64,000 nt of DNA, from the NCBI GenBank assembly GCA_963677895.2, contig CAXXGJ010000025.1:160001-224000 (forward strand). Direction: 5' to 3'. The notes beneath the pieces are model-generated. The model made no database searches. It had not been told where the DNA came from and worked only from the letters and a program-made list of their open reading frames with translations. This stretch comes from Treponemataceae bacterium. GTDB taxonomy: Bacteria; Spirochaetota; Spirochaetia; Treponematales; Rectinemataceae. Both the position numbers and the translations under genes were made by a program. Positions within the stretch are counted from its first letter, which is position 1; each line of letters starts with the position of its first letter. Positions 1 through 10,011 of this stretch are shown here, piece after piece.

Positions 1-86
1 AAGCTCACTCCATCTACTGCATGAAGGAATCCGTTTGGCGTCTTGAAATACTTCTTCAGATCCTTCACCTCAAGCAAAGTATCCAT
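1..86 (-). CDS. Oligopeptide/dipeptide ABC ATP-binding protein (OppF/DppF-like), 5' part; runs off the window
   Basis: Manual translation MDTLLEVKDLKKYFKTPNGFLHAVDGVS; purine-rich RBS; follows the DppD-like gene. Confidence 0.85.
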   Translation of the reverse strand, partial: MDTLLEVKDLKKYFKTPNGFLHAVDGVS

Positions 87-97
87 AAATTCCTCTC

Positions 98-1069
98 CTA
101 GATCTTGTTTTTAGCAAGGATGCACTTGACTGAATGACCAGGAGATACTTCGATCATTTCTGGCGACATTTCTGCACATTCTCGCTTGGCGTGCGGGCAT
201 CGGGGATGGAAAGGACAACCGGTGGGCAAGTTCGCTGGATCAGGCATCAATCCTTCGATCGGCTTGAGCCTATCCGCATCAGAATCCAGATCGGGTATCG
301 AGCCGAATAATCCCAACGTATATGGATGCTGGGCGTTTTCATAAATATCTTCGATATTTCCGATTTCCACGATATTACCCGCGTACATTATCGCGACTCG
401 ATTACATATCTCGGCCACGACCCCGAGATCGTGAGAAATAAGAATCATAGAGGTGTCGAAGTTTTGCTTGAGTTCGCTCATCATCTCAAGAACCTGAGCT
501 TGTATCGTTACATCAAGCGCGGTCGTTGGTTCGTCAGCTATCAATATTTTTGGATTGCATGCAAGAGAGATCGCGATGACTACTCTCTGCTTCATGCCAC
601 CAGAAAACTGATGCGGATAATCGTTGAATCTGTCGGAAGTGATTCCAACCATTCCCAGCATCTTGATCGCTTCTCTGTCCGCGTCTTTTCGTGACACTTT
701 CTTGTGGATGCGAATGACTTCCGAAATCTGTTCGCCGACCTTCTGAACCGGATTTAAGGATGTCATCGGATCCTGAAAGATCATCGATATCTCCCGCCCT
801 CTCATGAGGCGCAAGCCAAGCTTGCTAAAATTCAGGACATTCTTGCCTTTGTAGAGGATCTCGCCGCTGACTATCTTGCCAGGAGGATTGGGAATCAAGC
901 GCATAATGCTCTTTGCTGTCGTGGTCTTCCCCGCGCCGGTTTCTCCTACTATCCCCAGTGTCTCTCGATAACCTAAGTCGAAAGAAAGCCCATTGACAGC
1001 TTTCACGACAGTTTTATCCTTGACATAGTGTACAGTCAGGTTTCGAATCGAAAGGATCTGTTCACTCAT
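98..1069 (-). CDS. dppD: Peptide ABC ATP-binding protein (OppD/DppD-like)
   Basis: Walker A GETGAGKT, FSGGMKQR, DEPTTALD, C-terminal GCPFHPRC; start moved to MSEQ after GGAG. Confidence 0.92.
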   Translation of the reverse strand: MSEQILSIRNLTVHYVKDKTVVKAVNGLSFDLGYRETLGIVGETGAGKTTTAKSIMRLIPNPPGKIVSGEILYKGKNVLNFSKLGLRLMRGREISMIFQDPMTSLNPVQKVGEQISEVIRIHKKVSRKDADREAIKMLGMVGITSDRFNDYPHQFSGGMKQRVVIAISLACNPKILIADEPTTALDVTIQAQVLEMMSELKQNFDTSMILISHDLGVVAEICNRVAIMYAGNIVEIGNIEDIYENAQHPYTLGLFGSIPDLDSDADRLKPIEGLMPDPANLPTGCPFHPRCPHAKRECAEMSPEMIEVSPGHSVKCILAKNKI

Positions 1070-1101
1070 TGATATTCTCCAAAGGCGCAAACATGCTCAT
1101 C

Positions 1102-2007
1102 TTAACGTTTAAGCTTAGGATCAAGGGCATCCCGAAGACCGTCCCCGAAAAGGTTCAGCCCGAAAATAATCGCCATAATCGCAAGTCCTGGAAAGGTGAT
1201 GACATGCCAATGATCACGTATATACGGGCGCGCCGCTGAAAGCATTGCCCCCCATTCCGGAGATGGCGGCTGGACACCCATGCCTATAAAGCTTAAGGAA
1301 GCCGCTTCCAGTATCGATCTCGCGACGCTCATCGTCATATTCACTATTATAGGAGCCATGCAGTTCGGTAGAATATGTCGCATAATTATCCTGTAATCAT
1401 TGGCGCCAATCGATCTGGCCGCTTCGATATACTCCTGCTCTTTTACCGAGAGTATCGAAGCTCTGACGATGCGGGCATAGCCTGGGATCATGCCTATGCC
1501 AACCGCAATGATGACATTGTTCATTCCAGGTCCAAGCGCCGCTACTATGGATATAGCAAGCAACATGCTCGGTATCGCCATCATGATATCGATTCCGCGC
1601 ATTATCAGGTTATCCAGTTTCCCACCATAGAAACCTGCAAGGGATCCGAAAAAAATACCGACACCTGCCGAAAAAAGCGCGGAAAACAATCCAATCATCA
1701 ATGATACTCTTCCGCCAAAAAGAACACGACTGAATATATCCCTTCCAAGATTGTCCGTTCCAAAAATGTGCGATTTCGAAGGCGATACGAATCTGTTCAG
1801 AAGATCTTGGTCGTCAATGCCGTAGGGGGCTATAAAATCGGCGAGTATTACGGAAAGCAAAATGGCTACTATCAGAAAAAGACCGAATAAAGCAAGATTA
1901 TTCTTCTTGAGGCTATTCCAGGTCTCCTTTAATAATCCGATCTTTTTGACAGGCTCTGTGTCAATTTCCGTAGGGGCTGGAGTATTCGAGAGTTCATCTT
2001 GAAACAT
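1102..2007 (-). CDS. dppC: Peptide ABC permease (DppC/OppC-like)
   Basis: FGTDNLGRD, EYIEAARSIGA (EAA loop), GDGLRDALDP. Confidence 0.92.
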   Translation of the reverse strand: MFQDELSNTPAPTEIDTEPVKKIGLLKETWNSLKKNNLALFGLFLIVAILLSVILADFIAPYGIDDQDLLNRFVSPSKSHIFGTDNLGRDIFSRVLFGGRVSLMIGLFSALFSAGVGIFFGSLAGFYGGKLDNLIMRGIDIMMAIPSMLLAISIVAALGPGMNNVIIAVGIGMIPGYARIVRASILSVKEQEYIEAARSIGANDYRIIMRHILPNCMAPIIVNMTMSVARSILEAASLSFIGMGVQPPSPEWGAMLSAARPYIRDHWHVITFPGLAIMAIIFGLNLFGDGLRDALDPKLKR

Positions 2008-2023
2008 GCTATCCTCCAGGATG

Positions 2024-2992
2024 TCAAGCTTTTGCCGGAGCGGTTACCGCAGTCTTTCTGTGCTTTTTATATTGCGCCTTTATCCTTGGGTCGATAAATG
2101 CATAGAGAATATCCACGAGAAGGTTGACTATGCTGAAACCAAGGGCTATGAAAAGTACGCCGCCCTGCACCATTGGGTAATTCTTGACATTTATCGAGTC
2201 GATCATAAGTTTTCCTATTCCAGGAATGGAAAAGATTGATTCGGTAAGGATCGCGCCGCCTAACATCCCTCCAAAGGAAATGCCCACGACAGTCACGATG
2301 GGAATCAACGCATTTCGCAGAGCGTGATTGAATATTATATTCAGTTCGTTCTGCCCCTTGGCCCTGGCTGTGTTGATGTAGTCCTGCCTGATCACCTCGA
2401 GCATGCTTGATCTTGTCTGACGCATTATATTTGCCGTTGATGCCAATCCCACGGTAATGGAAGGAAGAATCCACTGTATCGGTTTCGAAAATCCAGAAGA
2501 CGGAAACCATCCGAGATATACAGAAAATATTATAATCAGCATTAATCCCGTCCAAAAGTTTGGCATGGAGACGCCGGTCAAGGCAAAAACCGTGGCAATA
2601 TTGTCGAAAATCGAGTATTGCTTAGTCGCTGCGATAATTCCTGTAATTATTCCTATTAGCGTAGCCAGTCCAATACTGAGGCATGCGAGCGTCACTGTCG
2701 TTGGCAGTCTTTCCAATATTTCTGTTGTGACGGATCGGCGCGTGGTATATGAAGTGCCAAAATCACCGTGTAGCAATATACCCTTAAGATAATTAAAGAA
2801 TTGGACGGGGAACGATTTATTCAATCCAAGCTCTTCTCTCAGCACCGCGACGCTGGTTTCGTTCGCGTCCATACCTAACATGTACTCTGCGGGATCGCCT
2901 GGAGTAAAATAAATCATGCTGAATACGATCAGAGATACTCCAAACAAGACAGGCACCATCATCAGAAGCCTTTTCATTATATATCTCAGCAT
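2024..2992 (-). CDS. dppB: Peptide ABC permease (DppB/OppB-like)
   Basis: PGDPA, TRSSMLEV..QDYINTARAKG, LLVDILYAFIDPRI. Confidence 0.92.
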   Translation of the reverse strand: MLRYIMKRLLMMVPVLFGVSLIVFSMIYFTPGDPAEYMLGMDANETSVAVLREELGLNKSFPVQFFNYLKGILLHGDFGTSYTTRRSVTTEILERLPTTVTLACLSIGLATLIGIITGIIAATKQYSIFDNIATVFALTGVSMPNFWTGLMLIIIFSVYLGWFPSSGFSKPIQWILPSITVGLASTANIMRQTRSSMLEVIRQDYINTARAKGQNELNIIFNHALRNALIPIVTVVGISFGGMLGGAILTESIFSIPGIGKLMIDSINVKNYPMVQGGVLFIALGFSIVNLLVDILYAFIDPRIKAQYKKHRKTAVTAPAKA

Positions 2993-3055
2993 CGCTTTCT
3001 CCTGTAATTCAAGAAAAAAAACAGCTTATAAGAATAGCAGCAGATATTTTACCGA

Positions 3056-3442
3056 TCATTGCTTTATTGCGATGGCATCAATCTCAACAAGCGCGTTTTT
3101 CGGAAGCCGGGCCACTTGAACCGCAACTCTGGCCGGAAAATCAACCGTGAAAAACTCTTTATATACTTCATTCATAGAATTGAAATCGTCCATGTTCATC
3201 AAGTAAACAGTCACTTTTACGATATCTGGCATATGTAAATCACCCGCCTCAACAACGGCCTTCAAGTTATTGAGGACTCGCCGGGTTTGGATGGAAATAT
3301 CGCTTTGCACGAGAGCCCCTGTTGCCGGATCTATTGGGAGTTGCCCGGATACAAAGAGAAAGCTATCAACCCAAACACCTTGCGAGTAAGGGCCAATCGC
3401 AGAAGGTGCATTGGTAGTCGAGACGATCCGCTTTGTATTCAT
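3056..3442 (-). CDS. ridA: RidA family enamine/imine deaminase
   Basis: APSAIGPYSQ, SGQLP, FPARVAVQVARLPK (catalytic Arg present). Confidence 0.92.
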   Translation of the reverse strand: MNTKRIVSTTNAPSAIGPYSQGVWVDSFLFVSGQLPIDPATGALVQSDISIQTRRVLNNLKAVVEAGDLHMPDIVKVTVYLMNMDDFNSMNEVYKEFFTVDFPARVAVQVARLPKNALVEIDAIAIKQ

Positions 3443-3443
3443 C

Positions 3444-4088
3444 CTAGTTCTCCTTTTTTATCCCATTTAAGTACCTGTATACGGTGGCTTCCGATACATT
3501 CAGCCTAGAAGCCACTTTCATAACCGTACCTTTCAAGAGGAAGACTCCTCCCTCGTTCAATTTCTTGATTATCTCGATTTTTTCAGATTGCGACATCCTA
3601 TCAGGAGGAACGCCATAAGCCTCTATGACATTTTCGATGCTATCATAAGCCAATACATCTACCGTACGACTAAATCGCTCTATTGGATCGGTCTTATCTT
3701 GCTGTTTCGGTTGTTGGAGAATACTGTCCAGATAATCCCGGAATTGGACAAGTTTTTCATCGTCTATATTGATGCAAAGGAGCCCGATTATCTTCTGCGT
3801 ATCATCACGTATAAAAAAAGTCGAAGAACGCAGCTTCTTGCCAAAAGTTGACACACCCTTATAGTTAGTCAGAGCATGCGTATTTTCCGCACTCCCATCC
3901 TTCAGGATTTTTAGAACAAGATTCGTAGCCGGGGAGCCTACCTCCCTGCCGCTTATGTGATTATTTGCTATGGCAATTATGGACTTGTCTATATCCAGCA
4001 CGTCATGAAGCACGATTTCGGTATCTTTACCTAATACTACGGCGAGAAAATCAACCAAAGGAAGAAAGGGCTTTAAATATGGGTTCAT
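3444..4088 (-). CDS. YheO-like PAS + HTH transcriptional regulator
   Basis: EIVLHD, ISGREVGSP, LRSST, LCIN, GVFLLKG..VA..L.VSEATVYRYL. Confidence 0.9.
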   Translation of the reverse strand: MNPYLKPFLPLVDFLAVVLGKDTEIVLHDVLDIDKSIIAIANNHISGREVGSPATNLVLKILKDGSAENTHALTNYKGVSTFGKKLRSSTFFIRDDTQKIIGLLCINIDDEKLVQFRDYLDSILQQPKQQDKTDPIERFSRTVDVLAYDSIENVIEAYGVPPDRMSQSEKIEIIKKLNEGGVFLLKGTVMKVASRLNVSEATVYRYLNGIKKEN

Positions 4089-4120
4089 AGTAGATCCTCA
4101 TGCTCATTATAATAAAATAG

Positions 4121-4218
4121 TATCGTGATAATAATTTATTTGTATCATGAGAATTGTGTTCCGTCAACTCTTTTCGTGACAATATAGGCTTATAGAATTC
4201 CTAATGTTTTCCGTGATG
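4121..4218. promoter_or_regulatory. Four repeats of a near-palindromic T-x-x-CRTGA box; candidate YheO operators
   Basis: TATCGTGATA 4121, TATCATGAGA 4143, TTTCGTGACA 4172, TTCCGTGATG 4209 upstream of the regulator. Confidence 0.5.
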
Positions 4219-4271
4219 AATCCATAGTAGAAGACTCGGTAAATCGTAAGGGACTAGTGTCAAACATGCAT

Positions 4272-4308
4272 AAAAAACGACCTCCGGAAGGAAATCCTCC
4301 GAAGGTCG
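4272..4308 (-). terminator. Rho-independent terminator after ilvD
   Basis: Minus strand CGACCTTCGGAGG-ATTT-CCTTCCGGAGGTCG followed by T6. Confidence 0.8.
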
Positions 4309-4335
4309 CCTATCGATACGCGGAACGCTAAGCGA

Positions 4336-5994
4336 TCATTCGAGCACGGCGCCCTTCATTCCCGAGGTGACGGCTCTCCTGTAGCGGTTCAGGAAGGGAC
4401 TTTCGGTGGGCTGGACATAGGGCTTCCACTCCGTTTTGCGGCGCGCCAGCTCGGCGGCGTCCACCAGAATATCGAGCTTCTTGGCGGGAATATCGATGCT
4501 GATCATGTCGCCTTCGCGCACGAGGGCGATGGGACCGCCGCCGGCGGCCTCGGGCGAGACGTGGCCTATCGAGGCGCCGCGCGAGGCTCCCGAGAACCTT
4601 CCGTCGGTGATGAGGGCCACGGTTTTGTCCATGCCCATGCCGGCCAAGGCCGACGTTGGGGTGAGCATCTCGCGCATGCCGGGGCCGCCCTTGGGTCCTT
4701 CGTAGCGGATCACGAGCACGTCGCCGTCGACGATTTTCCTGGCCTGAATCGCCGCGAAAGCCTCTTCCTCGCTGTTGAACACCCTCGCCGGTCCCGTGTG
4801 AACGAGCATTTCGGGCGCCACGGCAGCCTGTTTGACCACGCTGCCGTCGGGAGCGAGAGAGCCGCGAAGGATGGCGATGCCGCCGGCCTTGTGATAAGGC
4901 CTATCCAGAGGCCTTATGACCTCTTCATTCTTGACGCGCACGCCGGCGAAATTCTCGTTCTGAGTCTTTCCTGTGACCGTGAGGCAGTCGCCATGGATCA
5001 GACCGCCCTGGGACAGCTCGGCCATCACGGCCTGCACGCCGCCGGCCTGATAGAGGTCCTGGATATGATGGGATCCGCCCGGCGACATGCTGCAGATATG
5101 CGGCACCTTGCTTCCCAGCGTATTGAACAGTTCGATATCGAAGCCTACTCCCGCCGCCCAGGCGATGGCGGGCAGATGGAGCGTCGTGTTCGTGGAACCC
5201 CCAAGGGCGAGATCCACGGCCACCGCGTTTTCGAAAGCTTTGGCCGTAAGGATGTCCCTCGGCTTGATATCCTTTTCGACGAGATTCATGATGGCCCTTC
5301 CCGCTTCCTTGGCCAGGCGATCGCGCGCGGAGTAGACGGCCGGAATCGTGCCGTTGCCGGGCAGACCGAGGCCGAGCGCTTCCATCATGCAGTTCATCGT
5401 GTTGGCGGTGAACATGCCCGAGCAGGAACCGCAGCCCGGACAAGCCGCGTTCTCGACCTCCAGGAGGTCCGCGTCGCTCGCCGTGCCGGCGATGTGCTTG
5501 CCCACGGTCTCGAACACCGTATTGAGGTCGATTTCCTTCCCATTGAGCATTCCCGTGAGCATTGGCCCGCCGGAGATGACGACGGAGGGAATATTCAGCT
5601 TCGCCGCCGCCATCGCCATGCCCGGGATGATCTTGTCGCAGTTGGTCACCATGACGAGACCGTCGAAGGCATGCCCCTGCGCCATGACCTCGATCGAGTC
5701 CATGATAAGCTCGCGCGAAGGCAGGGAAAACTTCATGCCCATGTGGTTCATGGCGATGCCGTCGCAGACGCCGATCGTCGGGAACTCTATGGGCAGGCCG
5801 CCGGCCGCGTAGATGCCGGCCTTCACCGCGTCCACGATCCGGTTGAGATGGACGTGGCCGGGAATGATCTGATTGTAGGAATTGGCGACCCCTATCCAGG
5901 GCCTCGCGATTTCCCAGTCGGTATAGCCGGCCGCCTTGAGCAGCGCCCGGTGAGGAGCCCTCTGCGGGCCTAGTTTCGCCCTATCGCTTCTCAT
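4336..5994 (-). CDS. ilvD: Dihydroxy-acid dehydratase (IlvD/Edd family)
   Basis: [44 protein letters not shown]. Confidence 0.93.
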   Translation of the reverse strand: MRSDRAKLGPQRAPHRALLKAAGYTDWEIARPWIGVANSYNQIIPGHVHLNRIVDAVKAGIYAAGGLPIEFPTIGVCDGIAMNHMGMKFSLPSRELIMDSIEVMAQGHAFDGLVMVTNCDKIIPGMAMAAAKLNIPSVVISGGPMLTGMLNGKEIDLNTVFETVGKHIAGTASDADLLEVENAACPGCGSCSGMFTANTMNCMMEALGLGLPGNGTIPAVYSARDRLAKEAGRAIMNLVEKDIKPRDILTAKAFENAVAVDLALGGSTNTTLHLPAIAWAAGVGFDIELFNTLGSKVPHICSMSPGGSHHIQDLYQAGGVQAVMAELSQGGLIHGDCLTVTGKTQNENFAGVRVKNEEVIRPLDRPYHKAGGIAILRGSLAPDGSVVKQAAVAPEMLVHTGPARVFNSEEEAFAAIQARKIVDGDVLVIRYEGPKGGPGMREMLTPTSALAGMGMDKTVALITDGRFSGASRGASIGHVSPEAAGGGPIALVREGDMISIDIPAKKLDILVDAAELARRKTEWKPYVQPTESPFLNRYRRAVTSGMKGAVLE

Positions 5995-6022
5995 TGCATT
6001 AATCTCCTTTCATAGCTGCGCA

Positions 6023-7291
6023 TCAGTACCCCGGCAGAAGCATCACCAATCCAGGAACATAGGTGATGAGCAGGAATACCGCGATGAGAATAAGCACCAT
6101 GGGGATGATCGGTTTCGTTATCTTGCCCATGGGCAGGCCGGTGATGGCGCTCGCCACATAGATGTCGATCGCCACGGGGGGAGTCGCCATGCCGATGGCA
6201 AGCCCCACGGTCAGCACCACGCCGAAGTGCACGAGGTTGCCGCCGACGCCTATGATGGCCGGCAGGAATATCGGCGTCAGGATGATAAGGGCGGAGGCGG
6301 TCTCCATGAACATGCCCGCGATCAGGATGATGACGTCGATCATCAGATAGATAAGGAAGGCGTTGTTGCTCGTCACGCTGAGCATGGCGCCGGCGATCGC
6401 CTGGGGAATCTGGTAAAAAGCGAGACCCCATCCGAACACTTTCGATGTCGCGATGATGAACATGACAAGGGCCGAGGTGACGCCCGAGCCCACCACGAGC
6501 TTGTAGAATTTCTTGAAGTCGAGAGCCTTGTACACGAAGATGGCCACAAGGAAGGTGTAGAGAACGGCCACGGCGGCGGCTTCGGAGGGCGTGAAAACGC
6601 CCGAGAATATTCCGCCGAGGATGATGCCCGGGCACATGAGTCCCCAGAGCGCCGTCACGAATTTCTTCCATATCTCCTTGGCCGAATATTTTCTACCCGC
6701 CGGATACTTCCGTTTCTTGGCGATGTAGATGGCCCATACGATGAGCCCCAACCCCATGAGGGTGCCGGGGATGAAGCCGCCCAAGAAAAGCTTGGCCACA
6801 GACTCTCCCGCGATGACCGCGTAGAGCACCATAGGGACCGATGGGGGGATGACGACGCCGATCGTTCCGGCCGAAGCGATGAGGGCGGCCGAGAAATCCA
6901 CGTCGTATTTTCTCTCTTCAAGCTCAGGCAGAAGCGAAGCGCCTACGGCCGCCGTCGTCGCCGCGCCCGAACCTGAAATCGCCGCGATAAACATGGACGC
7001 GAGTACCGACACGATGGATAGGCCGCCGCGAATTCTGCCGAGGCAGGATTCGGCGAACGCCACGATACGCTCGGAAATCCCGCCCCGCGCGAGAACATCG
7101 CCGGCGAGAATGAAGAATGGCACGGCCACGAGGGAAAAGGAATTATTGCCCTCGAAGAGGGTCTGCGGAACCATCTGGAGGGGAATGCCGGCCTGTATGA
7201 ACACGACGAGGGCGGCGAGGCCGATGGACAGGCCGATGGGCACGCCGATCAGAAGGAAAAGAAAGAAGGCGCCGAATATCAGGTAGCCCAT
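6023..7291 (-). CDS. dctM: TRAP transporter large permease
   Basis: LVAVPFFILAG, ISGSGAAT, IPPSVPMVLY, TPSEAAAVA, TPPV; start at MGYL. Confidence 0.92.
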   Translation of the reverse strand: MGYLIFGAFFLFLLIGVPIGLSIGLAALVVFIQAGIPLQMVPQTLFEGNNSFSLVAVPFFILAGDVLARGGISERIVAFAESCLGRIRGGLSIVSVLASMFIAAISGSGAATTAAVGASLLPELEERKYDVDFSAALIASAGTIGVVIPPSVPMVLYAVIAGESVAKLFLGGFIPGTLMGLGLIVWAIYIAKKRKYPAGRKYSAKEIWKKFVTALWGLMCPGIILGGIFSGVFTPSEAAAVAVLYTFLVAIFVYKALDFKKFYKLVVGSGVTSALVMFIIATSKVFGWGLAFYQIPQAIAGAMLSVTSNNAFLIYLMIDVIILIAGMFMETASALIILTPIFLPAIIGVGGNLVHFGVVLTVGLAIGMATPPVAIDIYVASAITGLPMGKITKPIIPMVLILIAVFLLITYVPGLVMLLPGY

Positions 7292-7292
7292 A

Positions 7293-7793
7293 TCAGCTCC
7301 TTTTCCAGATCGCCGTGAGAGAGTCGACGACATGGATCATTACGACGCATCCCACGAGGGGATACATGAGGTAGAGCCACTTCATCGAAATCTGCATGGC
7401 CGGAGTGATCTGGCCGGCTTCGCTCTTCATGAGGACGGCCCCGAACCACGCCACTATGGCAAAGAAACCGATGCCCAAAAATCCGATAACCGTCTGCATC
7501 ACTTTCTTGGCTGCCGGCGGCAATTTATCGAGCACGAAGGTGACGGCGATATGGTTGCCCTTTTTGAAGGCGACCGCCGTTCCGAGAAGGCTGGCGAACA
7601 CGAGGAGGAAACAGGCCAGCTCCTCGGACCATGTCAGCGCGGTGAAGAAAAATCTGAAAACGACCTGGGCCACGGTCACGATCACCATGAGGACGAGCGT
7701 CACGAAGAGCGCCGCCTCGGTGATCGTGTTGATCCGGTCGCTCAGTGAATGGAGAAGGCCAGTGTTGGCTTTCCCCTCTTCAGTTGAGGACAT
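7293..7793 (-). CDS. dctQ: TRAP transporter small permease
   Basis: QVVFRF..WSEELA, HIAVT, four TM segments. Confidence 0.9.
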   Translation of the reverse strand: MSSTEEGKANTGLLHSLSDRINTITEAALFVTLVLMVIVTVAQVVFRFFFTALTWSEELACFLLVFASLLGTAVAFKKGNHIAVTFVLDKLPPAAKKVMQTVIGFLGIGFFAIVAWFGAVLMKSEAGQITPAMQISMKWLYLMYPLVGCVVMIHVVDSLTAIWKRS

Positions 7794-7806
7794 TAGTATC
7801 TCCTAT

Positions 7807-8766
7807 TCACTTCGTCGCGAGAATGGCGTCGATGAAATCCTGGCCATACTGCGCCGCGTACTGCTTGTAGACGGGCTGCACGGCGTCCAGGAAGGGCTTG
7901 AGGTTGGGCGTCGCGATCTGCATTCCCTTGGCCGCCAGATCTTTCATCCACTGGGCCTCGCTCGCGTTGTTGAAATCGCGCTCGAATTGGGCCGCTTCTT
8001 TCGCCGCTTTCATCACGGCTTCCTGCTGAGCGGGCTTGAGTTTGTCCCAGGTTTTCATGCTCATGATGAGAGGAGCCGGCGCATAGGCATGGCGGGTGAT
8101 CGTCATGTATTTCTGGCTGTCGTAGAGCTTGAAGGAGACGATGACGTTGAGGGGATTTTCCTGTCCGTCGATCGTGCCCTGCTGGAGCGCGGTAAGAGCC
8201 TCAGTCCAGGCCATCGGGACCGCGTTGGCTCCCAGAGCCTTGAACGAATCCACATAAATGGGGTTCTGCATCAGCCTGATCTTGAGACCTTTCATATCGG
8301 CCGGCGAATTGACCGGATGCTTGCTGTTGGTCAAGTTCCTGAAGCCGCGTTCGGCCCAGGCGAGCCCTTTCCATCCCTGCTTTTCCGCTTCCGCGAAGAG
8401 CTGGTTGCCGATGGGTCCGTCGAGAACGGCGTAGGCATGCTGAGGATCCCTGAAAAGGAAGGGCAGGTCGATGGCGCCGAACCTCGGAACGAAGTTGATG
8501 AAAGGTCCGTTCGTGATGATGGCCGCGTCGACGATGCCCATCTTCATGCGTTCGAGGAGGGTGCGTTCATCGCCGAGGACGGCGTTGGGGAACAAGGTGA
8601 CTTTCACTTCGCCGTTCGTGTACTTTTCCGTCAGTTCCTTGAATTTGGTCGCCGCCAAATGGAAAGAATCCTGCTCGTTGACTACGTGGGCCAATTTAAT
8701 GTCGATCGCGAAGGTCGGGGTGATGAGAGCCGCCGCGAGGACCAGGACGAGAAGCGCGCGTTTCAT
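7807..8766 (-). CDS. dctP: TRAP substrate-binding protein
   Basis: Signal peptide, ERGFRN, GLKIRLM (carboxylate-binding Arg), ALQQGTIDGQENP. Confidence 0.92.
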   Translation of the reverse strand: MKRALLVLVLAAALITPTFAIDIKLAHVVNEQDSFHLAATKFKELTEKYTNGEVKVTLFPNAVLGDERTLLERMKMGIVDAAIITNGPFINFVPRFGAIDLPFLFRDPQHAYAVLDGPIGNQLFAEAEKQGWKGLAWAERGFRNLTNSKHPVNSPADMKGLKIRLMQNPIYVDSFKALGANAVPMAWTEALTALQQGTIDGQENPLNVIVSFKLYDSQKYMTITRHAYAPAPLIMSMKTWDKLKPAQQEAVMKAAKEAAQFERDFNNASEAQWMKDLAAKGMQIATPNLKPFLDAVQPVYKQYAAQYGQDFIDAILATK

Positions 8767-8788
8767 AGTTTCCTCCTAATAAACGCTT

Positions 8789-8810
8789 TGGTACTACCTT
8801 GGTAGTACCA
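8789..8810. promoter_or_regulatory. Perfect palindromic operator, FadR-type
   Basis: TGGTACTACC-TT-GGTAGTACCA between the divergent dctP and FadR-family genes. Confidence 0.75.
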
Positions 8811-8821
8811 TGTTGCCTGAA

Positions 8822-8850
8822 ATGCTAAACCAGGTATATAATCATGTCAA
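8822..8850 (-). promoter_or_regulatory. Sigma70 promoter of the dctPQM-ilvD operon
   Basis: TTGACA-17 nt-TAGCAT on the minus strand, just upstream of the operator. Confidence 0.6.
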
Positions 8851-8861
8851 GGTATTTTACG

Positions 8862-9560
8862 ATGGAAAAGAAAAGAGAAGAGCTCGTTCACAGACTATTG
8901 GGCATGATCCACGACCCTCAGGCCTTCCCGGACGGAAAGCTGCCACCCGAGCGCGAACTGGCCATAAAAATGGACATAAGCCGCAATCTCCTGAGGGAAG
9001 TGATCATCACCCTCGAAGCCATGGGCTATATCACCGTACGGGAACGACAGGGAGCCTTTATCGTCAAACCCAATCCGGACGATTTTACCGCCAGCCTCAA
9101 GCTGGCCTCCTTTTGGCCCGACGACATGCTCATCAACGTCATGGAGATGCGCCTCATCATCGAACCGCCCATCGCCGGCCTCGCGGCCCTCCGACGAAGC
9201 GAGGAAGAACTCGCGAAAATGAAGGAGTGCGTCGCCAAACTCGTCGCCATGCACGAGAGCCCCAGCCACGGCGCCTCGAGCGGAGGCCAATGGGATTCGA
9301 TGCTCCACATGCTGATCGTCCAGGCGGCGCGCAATCCCCTTCTCGCCCGCCTTTACGAGGGCCTGTCTTCCACGATGGACCAATACATCGTCCTCAGCCG
9401 CGTCAAGCTGCTCGCCCTGCCCCAATGGCCGCAGAAAATCATCGAGGAACACTCCCTCCTCGTCGCCGCCATCGAAGCCAAGGACGAAGTCGCCGCCAGG
9501 GAGGCGCAGAGCAAGCATCTGGGAAGCGCCCTCGCCATGCTCAAGGAAATCTCGAAATGA
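8862..9560 (+). CDS. GntR/FadR family regulator
   Basis: KLPPERELA..SRNLLREVI, RLIIEP, FCD domain with D..LH and EEH; start may be 8844. Confidence 0.9.
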   Translation: MEKKREELVHRLLGMIHDPQAFPDGKLPPERELAIKMDISRNLLREVIITLEAMGYITVRERQGAFIVKPNPDDFTASLKLASFWPDDMLINVMEMRLIIEPPIAGLAALRRSEEELAKMKECVAKLVAMHESPSHGASSGGQWDSMLHMLIVQAARNPLLARLYEGLSSTMDQYIVLSRVKLLALPQWPQKIIEEHSLLVAAIEAKDEVAAREAQSKHLGSALAMLKEISK

Positions 9561-9973
9561 ACGTGGATCTCATAGCGGCTTCCATAGAAGCTTCGGTCGA
9601 GGTGGATTTCTCCAGGGCGGGAGGTCCCGGCGGGCAGAACGTCAACAAGGTGAATACGAAAGTGACCGCGAAGCTCGCCATCGACGCCATACAGGGCCTG
9701 AGCGCCGCCGAACGGCGTATCATGGTCTCGAAACTCGCCAACCGCATCACCACCGAAGGCATTCTGACCATTCAGGTGAGCGACGAGCGCACCCAGGGCG
9801 CCAATAGGCAGATAGCCTTCGAAAGGCTCCTCTCCCTCATCGTCGCCGCGGCGAAGCGCGATCCGCCCCGAATCCCCACCAAACCCGGCCGCGCCGCCCG
9901 CGAACGGCGCATGGATTCCAAAAAAGTCCGAGGCCGCACGAAACAGGACAGGCGCGGCCCCCTCGCCGACTAA
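9557..9973 (+). CDS. arfB: Alternative ribosome rescue peptidyl-tRNA hydrolase ArfB (YaeJ)
   Basis: FSRAGGPGGQNVNKVNTK, RTQGANR, basic tail RIPTKP..RERRMDSKK; ATGA overlap with the regulator. Confidence 0.92.
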   Translation: MNVDLIAASIEASVEVDFSRAGGPGGQNVNKVNTKVTAKLAIDAIQGLSAAERRIMVSKLANRITTEGILTIQVSDERTQGANRQIAFERLLSLIVAAAKRDPPRIPTKPGRAARERRMDSKKVRGRTKQDRRGPLAD

Positions 9974-9981
9974 GAAAAGCT

Positions 9982-10007
9982 AAAAATCGGGGCTAAACCC
10001 CATTTTT
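9982..10007. terminator. Weak bidirectional terminator between convergent arfB and bcp
   Basis: AAAAAT-CGGGG-CTAAA-CCCC-ATTTTT. Confidence 0.45.
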
Positions 10008-10011
10008 CAAC

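Noticed and set aside
4561..5973. Long antisense ORFs (also 7396-8805, 15599-16774, 18499-20022, 40752-42221, 56553-58040)
   Set aside because: They mirror real genes on the opposite strand, as expected from GC-biased codon usage, and have no family motifs
8810..9556. Apparent 387-aa ArfB with a long N-terminal extension
   Set aside because: The extension is an off-frame overlap with the FadR-family gene; ArfB starts at 9557
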